From Candidatus Binatota bacterium (GTDB lineage: Bacteria; Desulfobacterota; Binatia; UBA1149), in the NCBI GenBank assembly GCA_012960245.1, contig DUBO01000038.1:10627-74626 (forward strand): a stretch of 64,000 bases of DNA. The letters are read 5' to 3'. The position numbers and the translations under genes were made by a program. Every line of letters starts with the position of its first letter. The stretch's first letter is position 1. The notes under the pieces were generated by a model. The model saw only the letters and a program-made list of their open reading frames with translations. It had not been told where the DNA came from and ran no database searches. Positions 1 to 10,001 of this stretch are shown one piece after another.

Positions 1-2140
1 TCCTCGTCCCAGATACACATCGCGTAGCCGAGCTCGCCGCTTACCGGGTTGCCAAAATCAGCGGTGCTCACGGCCGGACCGGGCAGCCATTTCCATAGCA
101 ACTTGTCACGCGTCTCACCGGGCCTGTCCTTGATCTCGAGCACGCTGCGGCCAGCAGACAAGGGACTCGTGCAGGTTTGGAGCGGCGCCGGCGAACATCC
201 AAATGCCCCTGACACGCAGCCCATGTTGGCGCAGGTGTCGCCCAGGGTGGTAGCATCGCCGTCCTCGCAGGCAGCCGTGTTGGCAGCCTGCAAGCAACCG
301 CTCGCAGGATCGCAGGAGTGGTCGCTGCATACGTTGCCGTCCTCGCAGTCGGGAGCCACACCGCCCACGCAGCCGCCAGCAGCGCAGGTATCGGCCGTGG
401 TGCAGGCGTTGCCATCGTCGCAAGGCAGAGAGTTGTCGTTATTGGTACAGCCGGTCACCGTGTTGCAGCCGTCGTCGGTGCAACCGTTCCCGTCGTCGCA
501 GTCGGGCGGCAGTCCGCCTACGCAGAGTCCGTCCGAACAGGTGTCGGCCGTGGTGCAGGCGTTGCCGTCATCGCAGCTTATAGAGACGTTGACACTATCG
601 CAGCCAGTGGGCGACACGCAGGAGTCTGCCGTGCACTGGTTGCCATCGTCGCAGTCAGGAGCAGCACCGCCCACGCAGGTACCGGCCGAGCAGGTGTCAC
701 CCGTGGTGCACGCATCGCCGTCGTCGCAGGCCAGGGTATTGGCGTCGTTGCGACAACCGGTACCCGGGTCGCAACTGTCGTCGGTGCACCCGTTGCCGTC
801 CTCGCAGTCCACTGACAGCCCGGACAGGCAGGCCCCGGCCGAGCAGGTGTCACCCGTTGTGCAGGCGTTACCATCGTTGCAGGCCGCGGTGTTGTTCGTG
901 CTGACGCAGCCCGCCGAGGGGTGGCAGGTGTCGTCGGTGCACACGTCGGCATCGTCACAGTCCGGAGCGGCACCACCCACGCAGACCCCGCCCGAACAGG
1001 TGTCGGCCGTGGTACAGGCGTTGCCGTCGTCACAGGCCAACGAAACGTCGTCATTCACGCAACCGGCAAAGGCGTCGCAGCTGTCCTCGGTGCAGGGATT
1101 GGAGTCGTTGCAATCGAGGGGCATGCTTCCCAGGCAGTTGCCGTCCCAGCAGGAATCAACCGTGGTGCAGACGCTGCCGTCGTCGCAAGCCAGGGTGTTG
1201 GGCTGATTACTGCAGCCCACGCCCGCGAGGCAGAGCTCGTCGGTGCAGCCGTTGTTGTCGTCGCAGACGACCAGGGGATCCTCGTCCATGCAGGTCGCCG
1301 AACAGCAGTCGCCGTCTGTGTTGTTGCCGTCATCGCACTGCTCACCCAGGTCGAGCACGCCGTTGCCGCACACATCTATCATGCGACCGAGCACCTTGAA
1401 CTCCTCGGTCAGGAAGTTGCCGAACGGGTCGGGGCCGTTCACCTTGAAGTGGTTGTCGCCACAGGGGCTACCGGCTACGCGATGCGCTATGACCGGGTTA
1501 CCCACGAAGCCGGGCGCCGGTGCGCGATTGGGGTCGGGATCATCAAAGACCAGGAAAGGGCCAACACGACTGTTGTTGATACCCGCAAACGAGGCGAGGT
1601 TGCCCGGCGGGCCGACGAGAAATCCTTGGATGTCTTCTATCACCAGGGTGCCGTCGGAAGCTGCCGTGGCCTCGTCGCTGCCGAAGGGGTGCTTGAAATC
1701 ATATTCGCCGCCAGGCACGAGACCCGAAGCGGTCACCAGGATTACAGCCTCGGCAAACTGTTTGCCGTCAACAGGCAGGCCCCCGTCAAGCGCTGTTCGC
1801 AGGCCCATAACCAGTGTTGCCGTGGCCCCGGAAGCAGACGTGGCCGTGGCCTCGGCCCGCCACCACCAGGCGCTGGACGGCCAGTTGCCCGGAAAAGACG
1901 CCGCCGCCGACGGGTCGGGAAGCTCCGAACCCGCAACGTGATTAAGACAGTTGGCCGCGTCCAGGCAGAGGTCGAGCGCCAAGGCTCCACTGTCCTGGTA
2001 GTAAAGAGGATAGCCGTTGGCCGTATCCACCGGGCCCACGCTGGTCGTGCTGAACACGCAATCGTGGTCGGCCTGGGCCGATGAAGCGCAAAGCATTACA
2101 AAAACAACCGGCAGCAGCGCGGTCAATAACTTATTGATGT
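1..2140 (-). CDS. Secreted cysteine-rich repeat protein (5' part; runs off window at position 1): signal peptide, ~170-aa N-terminal domain, myxo_disulf-like CGNGVLDLGEQCDDGNNTDGDCCSATC unit, then >=8 tandem ~47-aa Cys repeats (ACDDGNACTTxDTCSxGxCVGGxxPDCDDGNxCTDDxC)
   Basis: Reverse-complement translation from ATG at 2140 gives MNINKLLTALLPVVFVMLCASSAQA (signal peptide) followed by a continuous open frame to position 1. It is not in the ORF track because no stop lies inside the window. Plus-strand ORFs 49..1206 and 921..2084 are antisense artefacts of the repeats. Confidence 0.75.
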
Positions 2141-2435
2141 TCATTCTTTTACCCCGAGTCCAGGCGCACCGGCGCGAAGGCGGCAGATGCGGCGGACTGC
2201 TTAAGATTGAGGGGGATAAATTGAAGCTCAGCAGCCCCCCGGCGTGGGAAAGACAGCCCGTGAGCGTTTTTGCCGGGCTTGAGCCTCTACCGAGGGGCGG
2301 AAACCCGGCAAGGGGCAAGGCATGTGCTGCACCGAGGCCTACCCCCGAGGGGGGGGGCTGTTCCTGCCGAGCTAGTTGCCCACTGTTCCCGCCACCCTTG
2401 GCCTTTGTCGCGCGCGCAATTTACATTTACCCACG

Positions 2436-3695
2436 ATGGCCACTCGAATTGCACGCTACGATAACCCGCTGCGGGCCATGGAGTTCACGCGCGAACCAGG
2501 CGACTACCGCATTGAGAGCCACGGCCTGGTGGCCGCCGACTCGGGCAACTCCCAGGCCACCCTGTGGCTACCACGGGGCGAGCGGCCTCGCACCGTGGTG
2601 TCGCTGCTGCACCCTCAGGCCAACTTTACGCGTCACTACGCCGTGCCGCCGCTGCTCGAGGCCGGCCACGCGGTGTTCGCGCATAACAGCCGCTGCCTGG
2701 GCAACGACTCGACCGCCGTCCACGAACAACTGCTCATGGACGCGGCCGCGGGCTTGTTACGCCTGCGCGAGCTCGGCTTCGAGAGAATAGTGCTGCTGGG
2801 CAACAGCGGTGGCGGCTCACTGTACAGCTACTACCTGCAACAGTCCGCGTTGCCGCCCGAACAGCGGGTGACCGATACGCCGGCGGGACCCGCACCGCTG
2901 GGCGGCGCAGGCGGCGACCTGCGGAAAATTGAAATGCCCATGGCCGACGCCGTGGTCTTCCTGGCTGCGCACCCCGGCGAGGGGGATTTTCTGTTGCAGG
3001 TCATCGACGCGTCGGTCAGCGACGAGTCCGATCCCGTTTCCTGCCTGCCCTCCTTGGATCTTTACGACCCGGCCAACGGCTTTGGCCTTCCACCCGGTGA
3101 AACCCGCTACACCGACGAGTTTGTCGAGCGCTACCGCGCCGGGCAGCGCGCCCGCGTGGAGCGCATAGATGCGCGTGCACGCAAGATACTTGGCGTGAGA
3201 ACGGCGGCCCTCGAGCGGCTGGCCGAACAGCCCGACGACCGCGACGCCTGGCGCGCGGCAACCGCCGACACGCTGCTTAACACCTACCGCACCGAGGCAG
3301 ACCCGCGCTGCGTGGATCTCACGCTCGACCCCTCGGCGCGTGACTACGGCTCGCTGTTTGACCATCGGCCCGACCTCATCAATTACAACCCGCGTGGATT
3401 CGCGCGCACGACCACGCCCGAAGCCTGGCTCTCAACCTGGTCGGGGCTGTCTTCACGCGCGAGTTTTACCCGCTGCGGCAGCGACGTGACCATCCCGGCA
3501 CTGATGATCAACTACACGGGCGACAACGCGATCTTTCCTTCCGAGGCCCAGGCTATTTTTGAATCGCTGGGCAGCGCCGACAAAAAATTCGTCGAGCTGC
3601 CCGGCGATCACTACGGCCACCCGCTGGCGGACAGCGATGCCTGGGGACGAGACCTCGCGCTGGCCGAGATAACGGATTGGCTTTCGGGGCTATAG
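2436..3695 (+). CDS. Alpha/beta-hydrolase fold protein
   Basis: GNSGGG nucleophile-elbow-like motif (GxSxG), HGxP-type region. Start chosen at MATRIARYDN (2436) rather than the upstream ORF start at 2376. Confidence 0.7.
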   Translation: MATRIARYDNPLRAMEFTREPGDYRIESHGLVAADSGNSQATLWLPRGERPRTVVSLLHPQANFTRHYAVPPLLEAGHAVFAHNSRCLGNDSTAVHEQLLMDAAAGLLRLRELGFERIVLLGNSGGGSLYSYYLQQSALPPEQRVTDTPAGPAPLGGAGGDLRKIEMPMADAVVFLAAHPGEGDFLLQVIDASVSDESDPVSCLPSLDLYDPANGFGLPPGETRYTDEFVERYRAGQRARVERIDARARKILGVRTAALERLAEQPDDRDAWRAATADTLLNTYRTEADPRCVDLTLDPSARDYGSLFDHRPDLINYNPRGFARTTTPEAWLSTWSGLSSRASFTRCGSDVTIPALMINYTGDNAIFPSEAQAIFESLGSADKKFVELPGDHYGHPLADSDAWGRDLALAEITDWLSGL

Positions 3696-3735
3696 CTTTC
3701 CGGGCTATAGCTTTCCCGGCTATGGCTTTCCGGAT
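3684..3735. repeat. Short tandem repeat, ~15-16 bp unit (CGGGCTATAGCTTTC) x ~3.3 copies, lying across the stop codons of two convergent genes
   Basis: Direct reading: cggggctatagctttc / cgggctatagctttc / ccggctatggctttc / cggatggcg. The unit contains the GCTATAGC palindrome. Antisense ORF 3611..3799 shows the resulting ESYSPESYSPES peptide repeat. Confidence 0.8.
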
Positions 3736-5009
3736 GGCGTTCCGCGCACAACGTCGGCCAGGTTATCCACGTGACCGTCGTCGTTTGAAAGCAGTACATC
3801 GTTAAAACCGCAGCCCTCTTCTATGACGTCGAGCACCGCGGGCTGGTAGAACGAGGTCACCAGCGAGCGACGCATGGAGCCGCAGCCCAGGGGCGCGGGC
3901 GCAGCGTGCATGGTGTCGCCCAGGTGCATCAGCAGGTCGCCGGGCTCGCCAGCGACCGTGACCACGGGCAGGCCGACTTCCTCCTGGGCCGCGGGCGCGG
4001 AGCAGGCAAAGCGATGGCTTCCGGCCAGGAACTTGAGCGTACCCGTATCAGGGTTGGCGGGCTCGAGCAGCACACTCACCTGCACCACCGGGCAGAGAAG
4101 GGCGTGGCCACCCATGCCACAATCCACGTGCCATGGAAGATCCGACAGGCCGTCGGCGATGTCCGGGTTCTTGATGATGATAGCTATGCCGTCAAGACGG
4201 TCGGGGCCGGGCAACAGGCTGTCGTCAAAAGCCGCCACGAGGCGACGCACGCGGGGGTCGTCGCAGATGGCGGCTATGGAGGGACACGAGAGGTTGGCAT
4301 AGGTCACGCGGCACAAGCGGGTCTCGCCCTCGGCGCTGCGCGCCCACCAGCTGCGACGGTCCCCCTGCCGGGCTGCGGCTACCGCACTGTCGGCGTCGGC
4401 TCGCAGCACGGCGATCTCGTCTGCAGAAAACACCCCGCGCACGACGGCGAAGCCGGCCTCGCGAATAAAAAGCCCGAGCTCGGCGGCGCCAACATCTGCG
4501 GGGAAAACCTGCTCGATGTCCAGCCTGCCGCCGTCCTTGTCGCGAAGATCGAGCTCGCCGGGTACGAACACCGGCAGGCCGTGGTGCAAGGCCCTTATGG
4601 CCTGTTCCCAGCGCAACAGCAGCTCCACGTCACCGCGCTCAAGGCTGAGCATGCCCGAGTACAGCAGCGAGGGCACAGTACGCATCTGCTCGACGAACTC
4701 GCCCCAGGACACGGCACTCATGGCCACCACGCAGGCCGCGCGTTCGTCTCCCGCCACTACTTCCACCCCGTCGGGTCCGGGCAGGTAAGTGTAACTGGCT
4801 CCGTCCACCTCGAAGGCGATGCCTGCCAGGCCCACCGTGCCCGCGGCCGCCAGGCGGCCGTTGCCCGCCTGTATGCGTCGAGGCAACTCGTCGTTGTGAA
4901 ATTCTACGAAGTTCACGTTCTCTCCACCGGCAGCCCCGTTACCTTTAACGCAAAAGGGGCCACTACTCCCCCTTGCGAAAGAAGGAGGCCAGGTAGGGGC
5001 CGACCTCAT
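3720..5009 (-). CDS. Phytanoyl-CoA dioxygenase (PhyH)-family Fe(II)/2-oxoglutarate oxygenase with ~150-aa N-terminal extension. True start likely internal (around 4916, GTG), since the ORF start overlaps the upstream gene by 47 bp.
   Basis: PhyH-like core: FAVVRGVFSADEIAVLRAD ... WHVDCG (HxD) ... distal His. Confidence 0.6.
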   Translation of the reverse strand: MRSAPTWPPSFARGSSGPFCVKGNGAAGGENVNFVEFHNDELPRRIQAGNGRLAAAGTVGLAGIAFEVDGASYTYLPGPDGVEVVAGDERAACVVAMSAVSWGEFVEQMRTVPSLLYSGMLSLERGDVELLLRWEQAIRALHHGLPVFVPGELDLRDKDGGRLDIEQVFPADVGAAELGLFIREAGFAVVRGVFSADEIAVLRADADSAVAAARQGDRRSWWARSAEGETRLCRVTYANLSCPSIAAICDDPRVRRLVAAFDDSLLPGPDRLDGIAIIIKNPDIADGLSDLPWHVDCGMGGHALLCPVVQVSVLLEPANPDTGTLKFLAGSHRFACSAPAAQEEVGLPVVTVAGEPGDLLMHLGDTMHAAPAPLGCGSMRRSLVTSFYQPAVLDVIEEGCGFNDVLLSNDDGHVDNLADVVRGTPSGKP

Positions 5010-5919
5010 ACGGGCGGGTAAATGTTATGGCGTGGGCACCACCCTCGATGGTGTTGAGTTCGAGACCCGGCACGTCTTCAGCCAGGAGTTTCGAGCTCGA
5101 ATAGGGCACCACCTTGTCGGAGTCGCCCCACACCGCCATCACCGGCAGCGCGCTCGCGCCCAGTACGCGAAAGCGCTCGCGCATGTCGCTCAGCGGGTAC
5201 TCGACCAGCGTGGAGCCCAGGGCTTCAACGTAGCCCGGGTAGCGGAGCTGCTCGTTGTAGAGCTCCACGAAGTCACGCGGCGCACCTGCCAGGGCCGCCA
5301 TCTCCTCGACCCTTGAGCTGAGCACCCGCGGAGCGAACTGCGCGAACAACCACTCGCCCACCAGCGGCAGGCGCGTTAACCTGGCCGCCAGAGGCAAGCC
5401 CACCGGGTAGCCAGCCGGAGCGATCAGCCCCACGGCCGCCACGCGCTCGGGCCTCCGCGCGGCGTACTCGGTGACAATGGCACCGCCCATGGAGTAGCCC
5501 ACCAGGCCCACGCGCGCACCCTCGGCCGTGAGTCCATTGATGACGCCATCGAGCTGCCGGTCGAAAAGCTCGAGGTCGTACGGCGGTCCGGGGCGATCTG
5601 AAAAGCCTCGGCCGTAGTTGTCATAGGCGACCACCCGCAGGCCGGCATTGAGCAGGTAAGGCAGGACGCCGCGCCAGACGAAAGACGGTACAGAAAACCC
5701 GTGCACGAGGATTACCGTGTCAGCGTTCTCTTCTCCGCTGACCTGGTAGTGGACCCAGCCGTCCGGCAGCTCGAGAAAGCTGCCGCCCAGCCGCTCGCGT
5801 TCAGCCACGTCCAGCGGCACGGTCTCATCGGCGACGGCCTGCGCTGGCAGAAGGACCAGTAGCGAAAACAAAAACGCTGCCAGCAGGCGAGCAACCCCTG
5901 CTACTCCTGCAACTATCAC
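4963..5919 (-). CDS. Secreted alpha/beta hydrolase
   Basis: N-terminal signal peptide (LLAAFLFSLLVLLPAQAVA), VILVHGF...GYSMGG nucleophile elbow. Confidence 0.8.
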   Translation of the reverse strand: MIVAGVAGVARLLAAFLFSLLVLLPAQAVADETVPLDVAERERLGGSFLELPDGWVHYQVSGEENADTVILVHGFSVPSFVWRGVLPYLLNAGLRVVAYDNYGRGFSDRPGPPYDLELFDRQLDGVINGLTAEGARVGLVGYSMGGAIVTEYAARRPERVAAVGLIAPAGYPVGLPLAARLTRLPLVGEWLFAQFAPRVLSSRVEEMAALAGAPRDFVELYNEQLRYPGYVEALGSTLVEYPLSDMRERFRVLGASALPVMAVWGDSDKVVPYSSSKLLAEDVPGLELNTIEGGAHAITFTRPYEVGPYLASFFRKGE

Positions 5920-6794
5920 CCGACTCTCCCTTTTTTCTCCGCCGCAAGTTCATCCAGCGGCCCCCTGTAGCCCTCATGGTAGCCGGGGTAGAGCAAGCTG
6001 AATCCGCTGGCACGCAGCAGCGCGTTGCTGCAACGCTTGCCGGCGCTGTTTCCACCTGGACCTTCGAGTCGGAGGTCCGGCAGACCAAGCTCCCCCCTCG
6101 CCCAGGCGGCGACCTCGTGACGAGTGGCCGGGGTGTCATCGACCACGTTGTACAGCGCAGCGGGTTGCGGCAGTTCGGCCAGGTGCAGCAGCGCACGGGC
6201 AGCGTCGTCGACCTGGACCCGGTTGGTCCAGGCCGGACGGTCGGGGAGGCGCAGCTCGCCCGCGGCGACCGAGCGCAGGAACGCGCCCGGGCCGGGGCCG
6301 TAGATGCCCCCCAGCCTGGCCACGACCACTTCAGCCCGCGTTCGGGCGCGGGCCAGTTGCTCGGCTTCGAGCATGACCGCGCCGTTGAAACGCAGCGGCC
6401 TGGTATCGCCGTGTTCGTCTACCCAGCCGCCATCATCCTGCGCGTACACGGCCGTGCTCGAGGCAAGGACCAGGCGGCGCAAGTCCGCGCAGGCCGGGGT
6501 CGCCAGCAGCGTGGCCAGCCCGTCGAGATACACCGCGCGGTAGGCCTGCTCGTCGCCGCGATCAGGCGAGGCCGTAAATACAACGAGGTCGACGCCGCCC
6601 GGTATCGCGCTCTCCAACAAGCCCGACAGCGAGGCCGCGTCGCTGAGATCGGCGGCAAGCGGCCTCACGTTATCGGGCATGACAGCGGGCTTGCGGCTGA
6701 GCCCGTACACATCGCGACCGCCCTCGGCCATCATCCCGGCCACGCGTGAGCCCACGCGCCCGCAGCCGGCCACGAGCACGACTCCCGCACTCAA
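5916..6794 (-). CDS. NAD(P)-binding epimerase/dehydratase-like (extended SDR) protein
   Basis: VLVAGCGRVGSRVA Rossmann motif. Stop overlaps downstream start (ATGA). Confidence 0.65.
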   Translation of the reverse strand: MSAGVVLVAGCGRVGSRVAGMMAEGGRDVYGLSRKPAVMPDNVRPLAADLSDAASLSGLLESAIPGGVDLVVFTASPDRGDEQAYRAVYLDGLATLLATPACADLRRLVLASSTAVYAQDDGGWVDEHGDTRPLRFNGAVMLEAEQLARARTRAEVVVARLGGIYGPGPGAFLRSVAAGELRLPDRPAWTNRVQVDDAARALLHLAELPQPAALYNVVDDTPATRHEVAAWARGELGLPDLRLEGPGGNSAGKRCSNALLRASGFSLLYPGYHEGYRGPLDELAAEKKGRVG

Positions 6795-7753
6795 GGCTGT
6801 TTACCCATGGCCTTCAACTGCTGCTCGAAGCGTTCGCAGGGGTCGAGATCATCGGCTCGGGGTGTAAACCACAGGTAGTCAAACGGCAAGCGACCGTCAA
6901 AGTGTTCGGCGTAGTCGTCCGGACTCCGCTTGCCCGCGATCACCTCCACGAAAGCCAGGGACAGAAGCTGTCGGCGAGTACGCGAGTCGAGATGCCAGGC
7001 TACGCCGCGGTCGAGCCTCGTGTGGCCCAGGCCGGCGATCAACACAGCGCCGTCTTCTCCAGCACCGTCTTCTCCGGCACCGTCGTGGCCTGCCAGCGCG
7101 GCGGCCATGCGCGAGTCACGCGACTGCTGAATCACGACCATGGCGTCGACCATGTGGCCACTGGCGTAGCCGCAGTGCGATTCGATGATCTCGCGCCTGA
7201 GTTCGCCGACGGCCTTATCATCGAGCGGAGTATCCACCGGCGCCGAAAGTCCGCGGGCCTCGCCCCGGCTTATCCCTGCGCCTACCAGTTGCAGGTCTCG
7301 CTCCAGCGCCACGTTAAAAATCGGGCGATACAGTTGCCAGTCCGGCCAGCCACTCGAGTCCCAGTCCAACTCCCGCCTCAACTCCGCCGCCGTGCAGCCT
7401 CGCCGCCCTCGGTCTCGACAGGCGGCCCAGGCCTGCTCGGCCACGGCGGGGCTGAGCATCTCGAGCAGCAGCGCCGGACGGCGACCGGCGTCCACCAGCC
7501 CGCGAAGAACCGCGGCCTGCAGGCGATGGTGATCGGGGTTGTCGTGTTGCTCGCCGAGCAACACGAGTCGTGCGCCTCGAGCAGCCTCCCTCACCTCTCC
7601 GCAGTCAACCAACGCGGCAGCGTCCACCGACCAGCAACTGCCCACCAGCGGGTGATCGCGGTGGTGGGCACTGCGCCAGCCCGTGCCCAGGCTGCAACCC
7701 GCGACGAGGAGGCCAAGGGCAACCGCGACCGTCTCTTTCAACAACAATGCCAC
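6791..7753 (-). CDS. ChaN-family lipoprotein (haem/iron-uptake-associated fold)
   Basis: Lipobox LLVAGCS, LLGEQHDNPDHH motif typical of ChaN/Tiki/TraB fold. Internal DGAGEDGAGEDGA repeat. Confidence 0.55.
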   Translation of the reverse strand: MALLLKETVAVALGLLVAGCSLGTGWRSAHHRDHPLVGSCWSVDAAALVDCGEVREAARGARLVLLGEQHDNPDHHRLQAAVLRGLVDAGRRPALLLEMLSPAVAEQAWAACRDRGRRGCTAAELRRELDWDSSGWPDWQLYRPIFNVALERDLQLVGAGISRGEARGLSAPVDTPLDDKAVGELRREIIESHCGYASGHMVDAMVVIQQSRDSRMAAALAGHDGAGEDGAGEDGAVLIAGLGHTRLDRGVAWHLDSRTRRQLLSLAFVEVIAGKRSPDDYAEHFDGRLPFDYLWFTPRADDLDPCERFEQQLKAMGKQP

Positions 7754-7777
7754 CTGGGTTTCAATGCCACCGAGGTT

Positions 7778-8644
7778 TCACGGCCGCCCCGCGTGGGGCA
7801 CCTCCACGCGCACCAGCTCAATGCTGCCACCCAGCTGCTCGAGCGCTTCTTCGGGTTCCGAGGTTGTGGCCGCACAGATGAACAGGCTACGACCATCTTC
7901 ACCTCCCAGCATGCAGGCAAACGATTCGCTGGCCAGCTCTACGCGGTCGCTGATGCGGCCCCCTTCGTGCACGCGCAACAGCTGGTTTCCGAACACCGTG
8001 GCCACCCAGATTGCGCCCTCGGCGTCCAGGCAACACCCGTCGGGGGCCACGCCCTCGAGCTTGGCCCAGCTGCGCCGGCCCGACAGCGACCCATCGGCGG
8101 CTATGTCGAAGGCCGTCAAGCAGCCGGCAAAGGTTTCGCAGATGATCAAGGTACTACCGTCGGGCGTGATCACGGTACCGTTGGGAAATTTCATCTGGTC
8201 GGCGGCTACACTGACGGCACCGTCTCGTTCGACCATGAGCAAGAGCGCGTCGCTGGGCGTGGGATCGTCACCGTAGATGTCCGAGCCGAAGTTTCCGACA
8301 TAAGCGCGCCCCTGCTCATCGACCACCATGTCGTTGCAGTGCCAGGTGGCCAGGCCCGACAAGTCGGCCACCTCGACCAGGCCGTCGGGGTCCAGGCGCA
8401 GCAAGCGACGGTCGCGCATGGAAACCACCAGCATGCGCCCCGCGTCGGCCGCACCGTCGTCGGGTAACCAGCCCAAGCCCGAGGGCGACTGCTCCACCCG
8501 GCACACCAGTTCGACAGAACCGCTTTCGTCCACGGACTCCACCACGCAACGGTGCATGTCAGAATAGTAGAGGCGGCCGTCCTTCCACCTCGGCCCCTCG
8601 CCAAAGGCCAGGCCGGACACCAGGGTTTCGGTTTTATAATTCAT
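7778..8644 (-). CDS. SMP-30/gluconolactonase/LRE-like beta-propeller protein
   Basis: Motifs GLAFGEGPRW ... GRLYYSD ... FPNGTVITPDG ... DGxxxD typical of the SGL family. Start taken at MNYKTETLV. Confidence 0.65.
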   Translation of the reverse strand: MNYKTETLVSGLAFGEGPRWKDGRLYYSDMHRCVVESVDESGSVELVCRVEQSPSGLGWLPDDGAADAGRMLVVSMRDRRLLRLDPDGLVEVADLSGLATWHCNDMVVDEQGRAYVGNFGSDIYGDDPTPSDALLLMVERDGAVSVAADQMKFPNGTVITPDGSTLIICETFAGCLTAFDIAADGSLSGRRSWAKLEGVAPDGCCLDAEGAIWVATVFGNQLLRVHEGGRISDRVELASESFACMLGGEDGRSLFICAATTSEPEEALEQLGGSIELVRVEVPHAGRP

Positions 8645-8743
8645 AGCAGGCCCCCGCGACGCGCCACGAAAAATCAACGCGCCAGTGACCGTCGCTACAC
8701 GCGTCGGGGAGAAGAAACAAAAGCTGAGACCAAAGCGGGGGCG

Positions 8744-9925
8744 TCAGTGCCAGACAAAGCCGGCGGTGGCCAGCGACGACTCAACGAAGCGTTGCACGCT
8801 GGACTTCATGAGGTAAGTAACGTGGGCACCGTCGAACCAGTGCACCGGCGGTCGCTCCCAGTGCCGCCACAACGCGTCGGCCTGGTAAGGCCGGGCCAGG
8901 CGGTCGGCGAGACCCGCAAAAATAAACCGCTTGTCCCTGGCCACCTGCGGGGCGAAGCTCAGCGGATTTATAACGCTGGTCACCCGCGCTAGCAGCTGGT
9001 AGCCCTGCTCGCTTGCGAGCGGCTTGCGACCAGGTATCGGGATCTCGTTGTCACGCACCAGGCCAGCGAAATCGACGGCGGGTATGCCCGCAATCACGCA
9101 ATCGGCCGGCTCCAGTCCGCTGGTGAGCGAAGCGGCGAGTGAACCCAACGACAATCCGTACAAGCCCACCGGTTGGTCGTCTTCGCTCTTGAGCCAACCG
9201 ACCAGTCGCCGCAGATCCCAGGCAGCCTGCGCGAAGCAGTAGACCATGGTCATGAAGTCGGCGGCCAGCAGTTCACGGCCGCTCGTCCTGCCGGGTGCGC
9301 GCGGACCGTGCAGCGGCAGGACGGGAAACGCGAGGTTCAAGCCGAGCTCGCTGTGAAGTTTCCGCGCGTTGAATCCGGTAAACGCGGTCAGCGGCCCACC
9401 CATGCCGAAGCCGTGTACACACACCAACCAGGGGCGCGGCGGCCCAGGGTAGCGAAGCACGTAAGCATGAAAACGACGGTTGGGCTCTATGACTTGCCAG
9501 CGTTCGCGCCCCGGCTCGCTCGGCCACGGCTCGTAGAGGCTGGGGTAACTCAACTGCTGGTACTGCAACCGCCGGAGCCCCTGCTGAGACACGGCGCGCC
9601 CCAGCGATACTTCTTCCACCGGCGGCGGGTCGCGGTGGTAGCTGGACGGGTCGGCCAACCAACCGCGTCGCTCAAACAACTGCTCAGCGTCGGCGAGCTG
9701 GGCGAAGCCCTTGGAGATTCGTTCTTCAAGGTTACGCCCGGCCGCAAGGTTGGCGGCCAACGCAAAACCCCTGTCCAGCGCCGCTTCGGCCATAGCTCCC
9801 AGCGACGGACCGGGCCGCGGGACCCGCAGGCGCATATCGTTCTCGCGGTATCCCTTCCAGGTATCGCTGAGCGTATTAACGGCGGACCGAGCAGACAGGG
9901 CAAGGTTGTCCAGGTAGTTTCCCAA
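8744..9925 (-). CDS. Alpha/beta hydrolase
   Basis: VCVHGFGMGG ... GLSLGS nucleophile elbow. Confidence 0.7.
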   Translation of the reverse strand: MGNYLDNLALSARSAVNTLSDTWKGYRENDMRLRVPRPGPSLGAMAEAALDRGFALAANLAAGRNLEERISKGFAQLADAEQLFERRGWLADPSSYHRDPPPVEEVSLGRAVSQQGLRRLQYQQLSYPSLYEPWPSEPGRERWQVIEPNRRFHAYVLRYPGPPRPWLVCVHGFGMGGPLTAFTGFNARKLHSELGLNLAFPVLPLHGPRAPGRTSGRELLAADFMTMVYCFAQAAWDLRRLVGWLKSEDDQPVGLYGLSLGSLAASLTSGLEPADCVIAGIPAVDFAGLVRDNEIPIPGRKPLASEQGYQLLARVTSVINPLSFAPQVARDKRFIFAGLADRLARPYQADALWRHWERPPVHWFDGAHVTYLMKSSVQRFVESSLATAGFVWH

Positions 9926-10001
9926 CTGCTTAAGCTAAACCCGCAGGGGGACTGCTGTCAATAGCTTTCTGTGCGGTTACCGTCACCCAGACCGCCGGCG
10001 G

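Noticed and set aside
49-2084. Plus-strand ORFs 49..1206 (385 aa) and 921..2084 (387 aa)
   Set aside because: Low-complexity Ser/Pro/Gln/Val-rich translations. They are antisense to a clean minus-strand gene with signal peptide and Cys-repeat architecture starting at ATG 2140.
2376-2435. Upstream start (MPTVPATLGLCRARNLHLPT) for the alpha/beta hydrolase
   Set aside because: No RBS. The ATG at 2436 (MATRIARYDN) follows a better initiation context and typical protein length.
6746-8467. Long ORFs with no recognisable domains lying on the strand opposite to called genes (6746..8467 +, 11032..12705 -, 17966..19732 -, 23379..24938 +, 44948..46933 -, and the 5' part of 52957..54915 +)
   Set aside because: High-GC stop-codon-poor artefacts with Arg/Ala/Gly-rich low-complexity translations. 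The opposite strand carries motif-rich genes.
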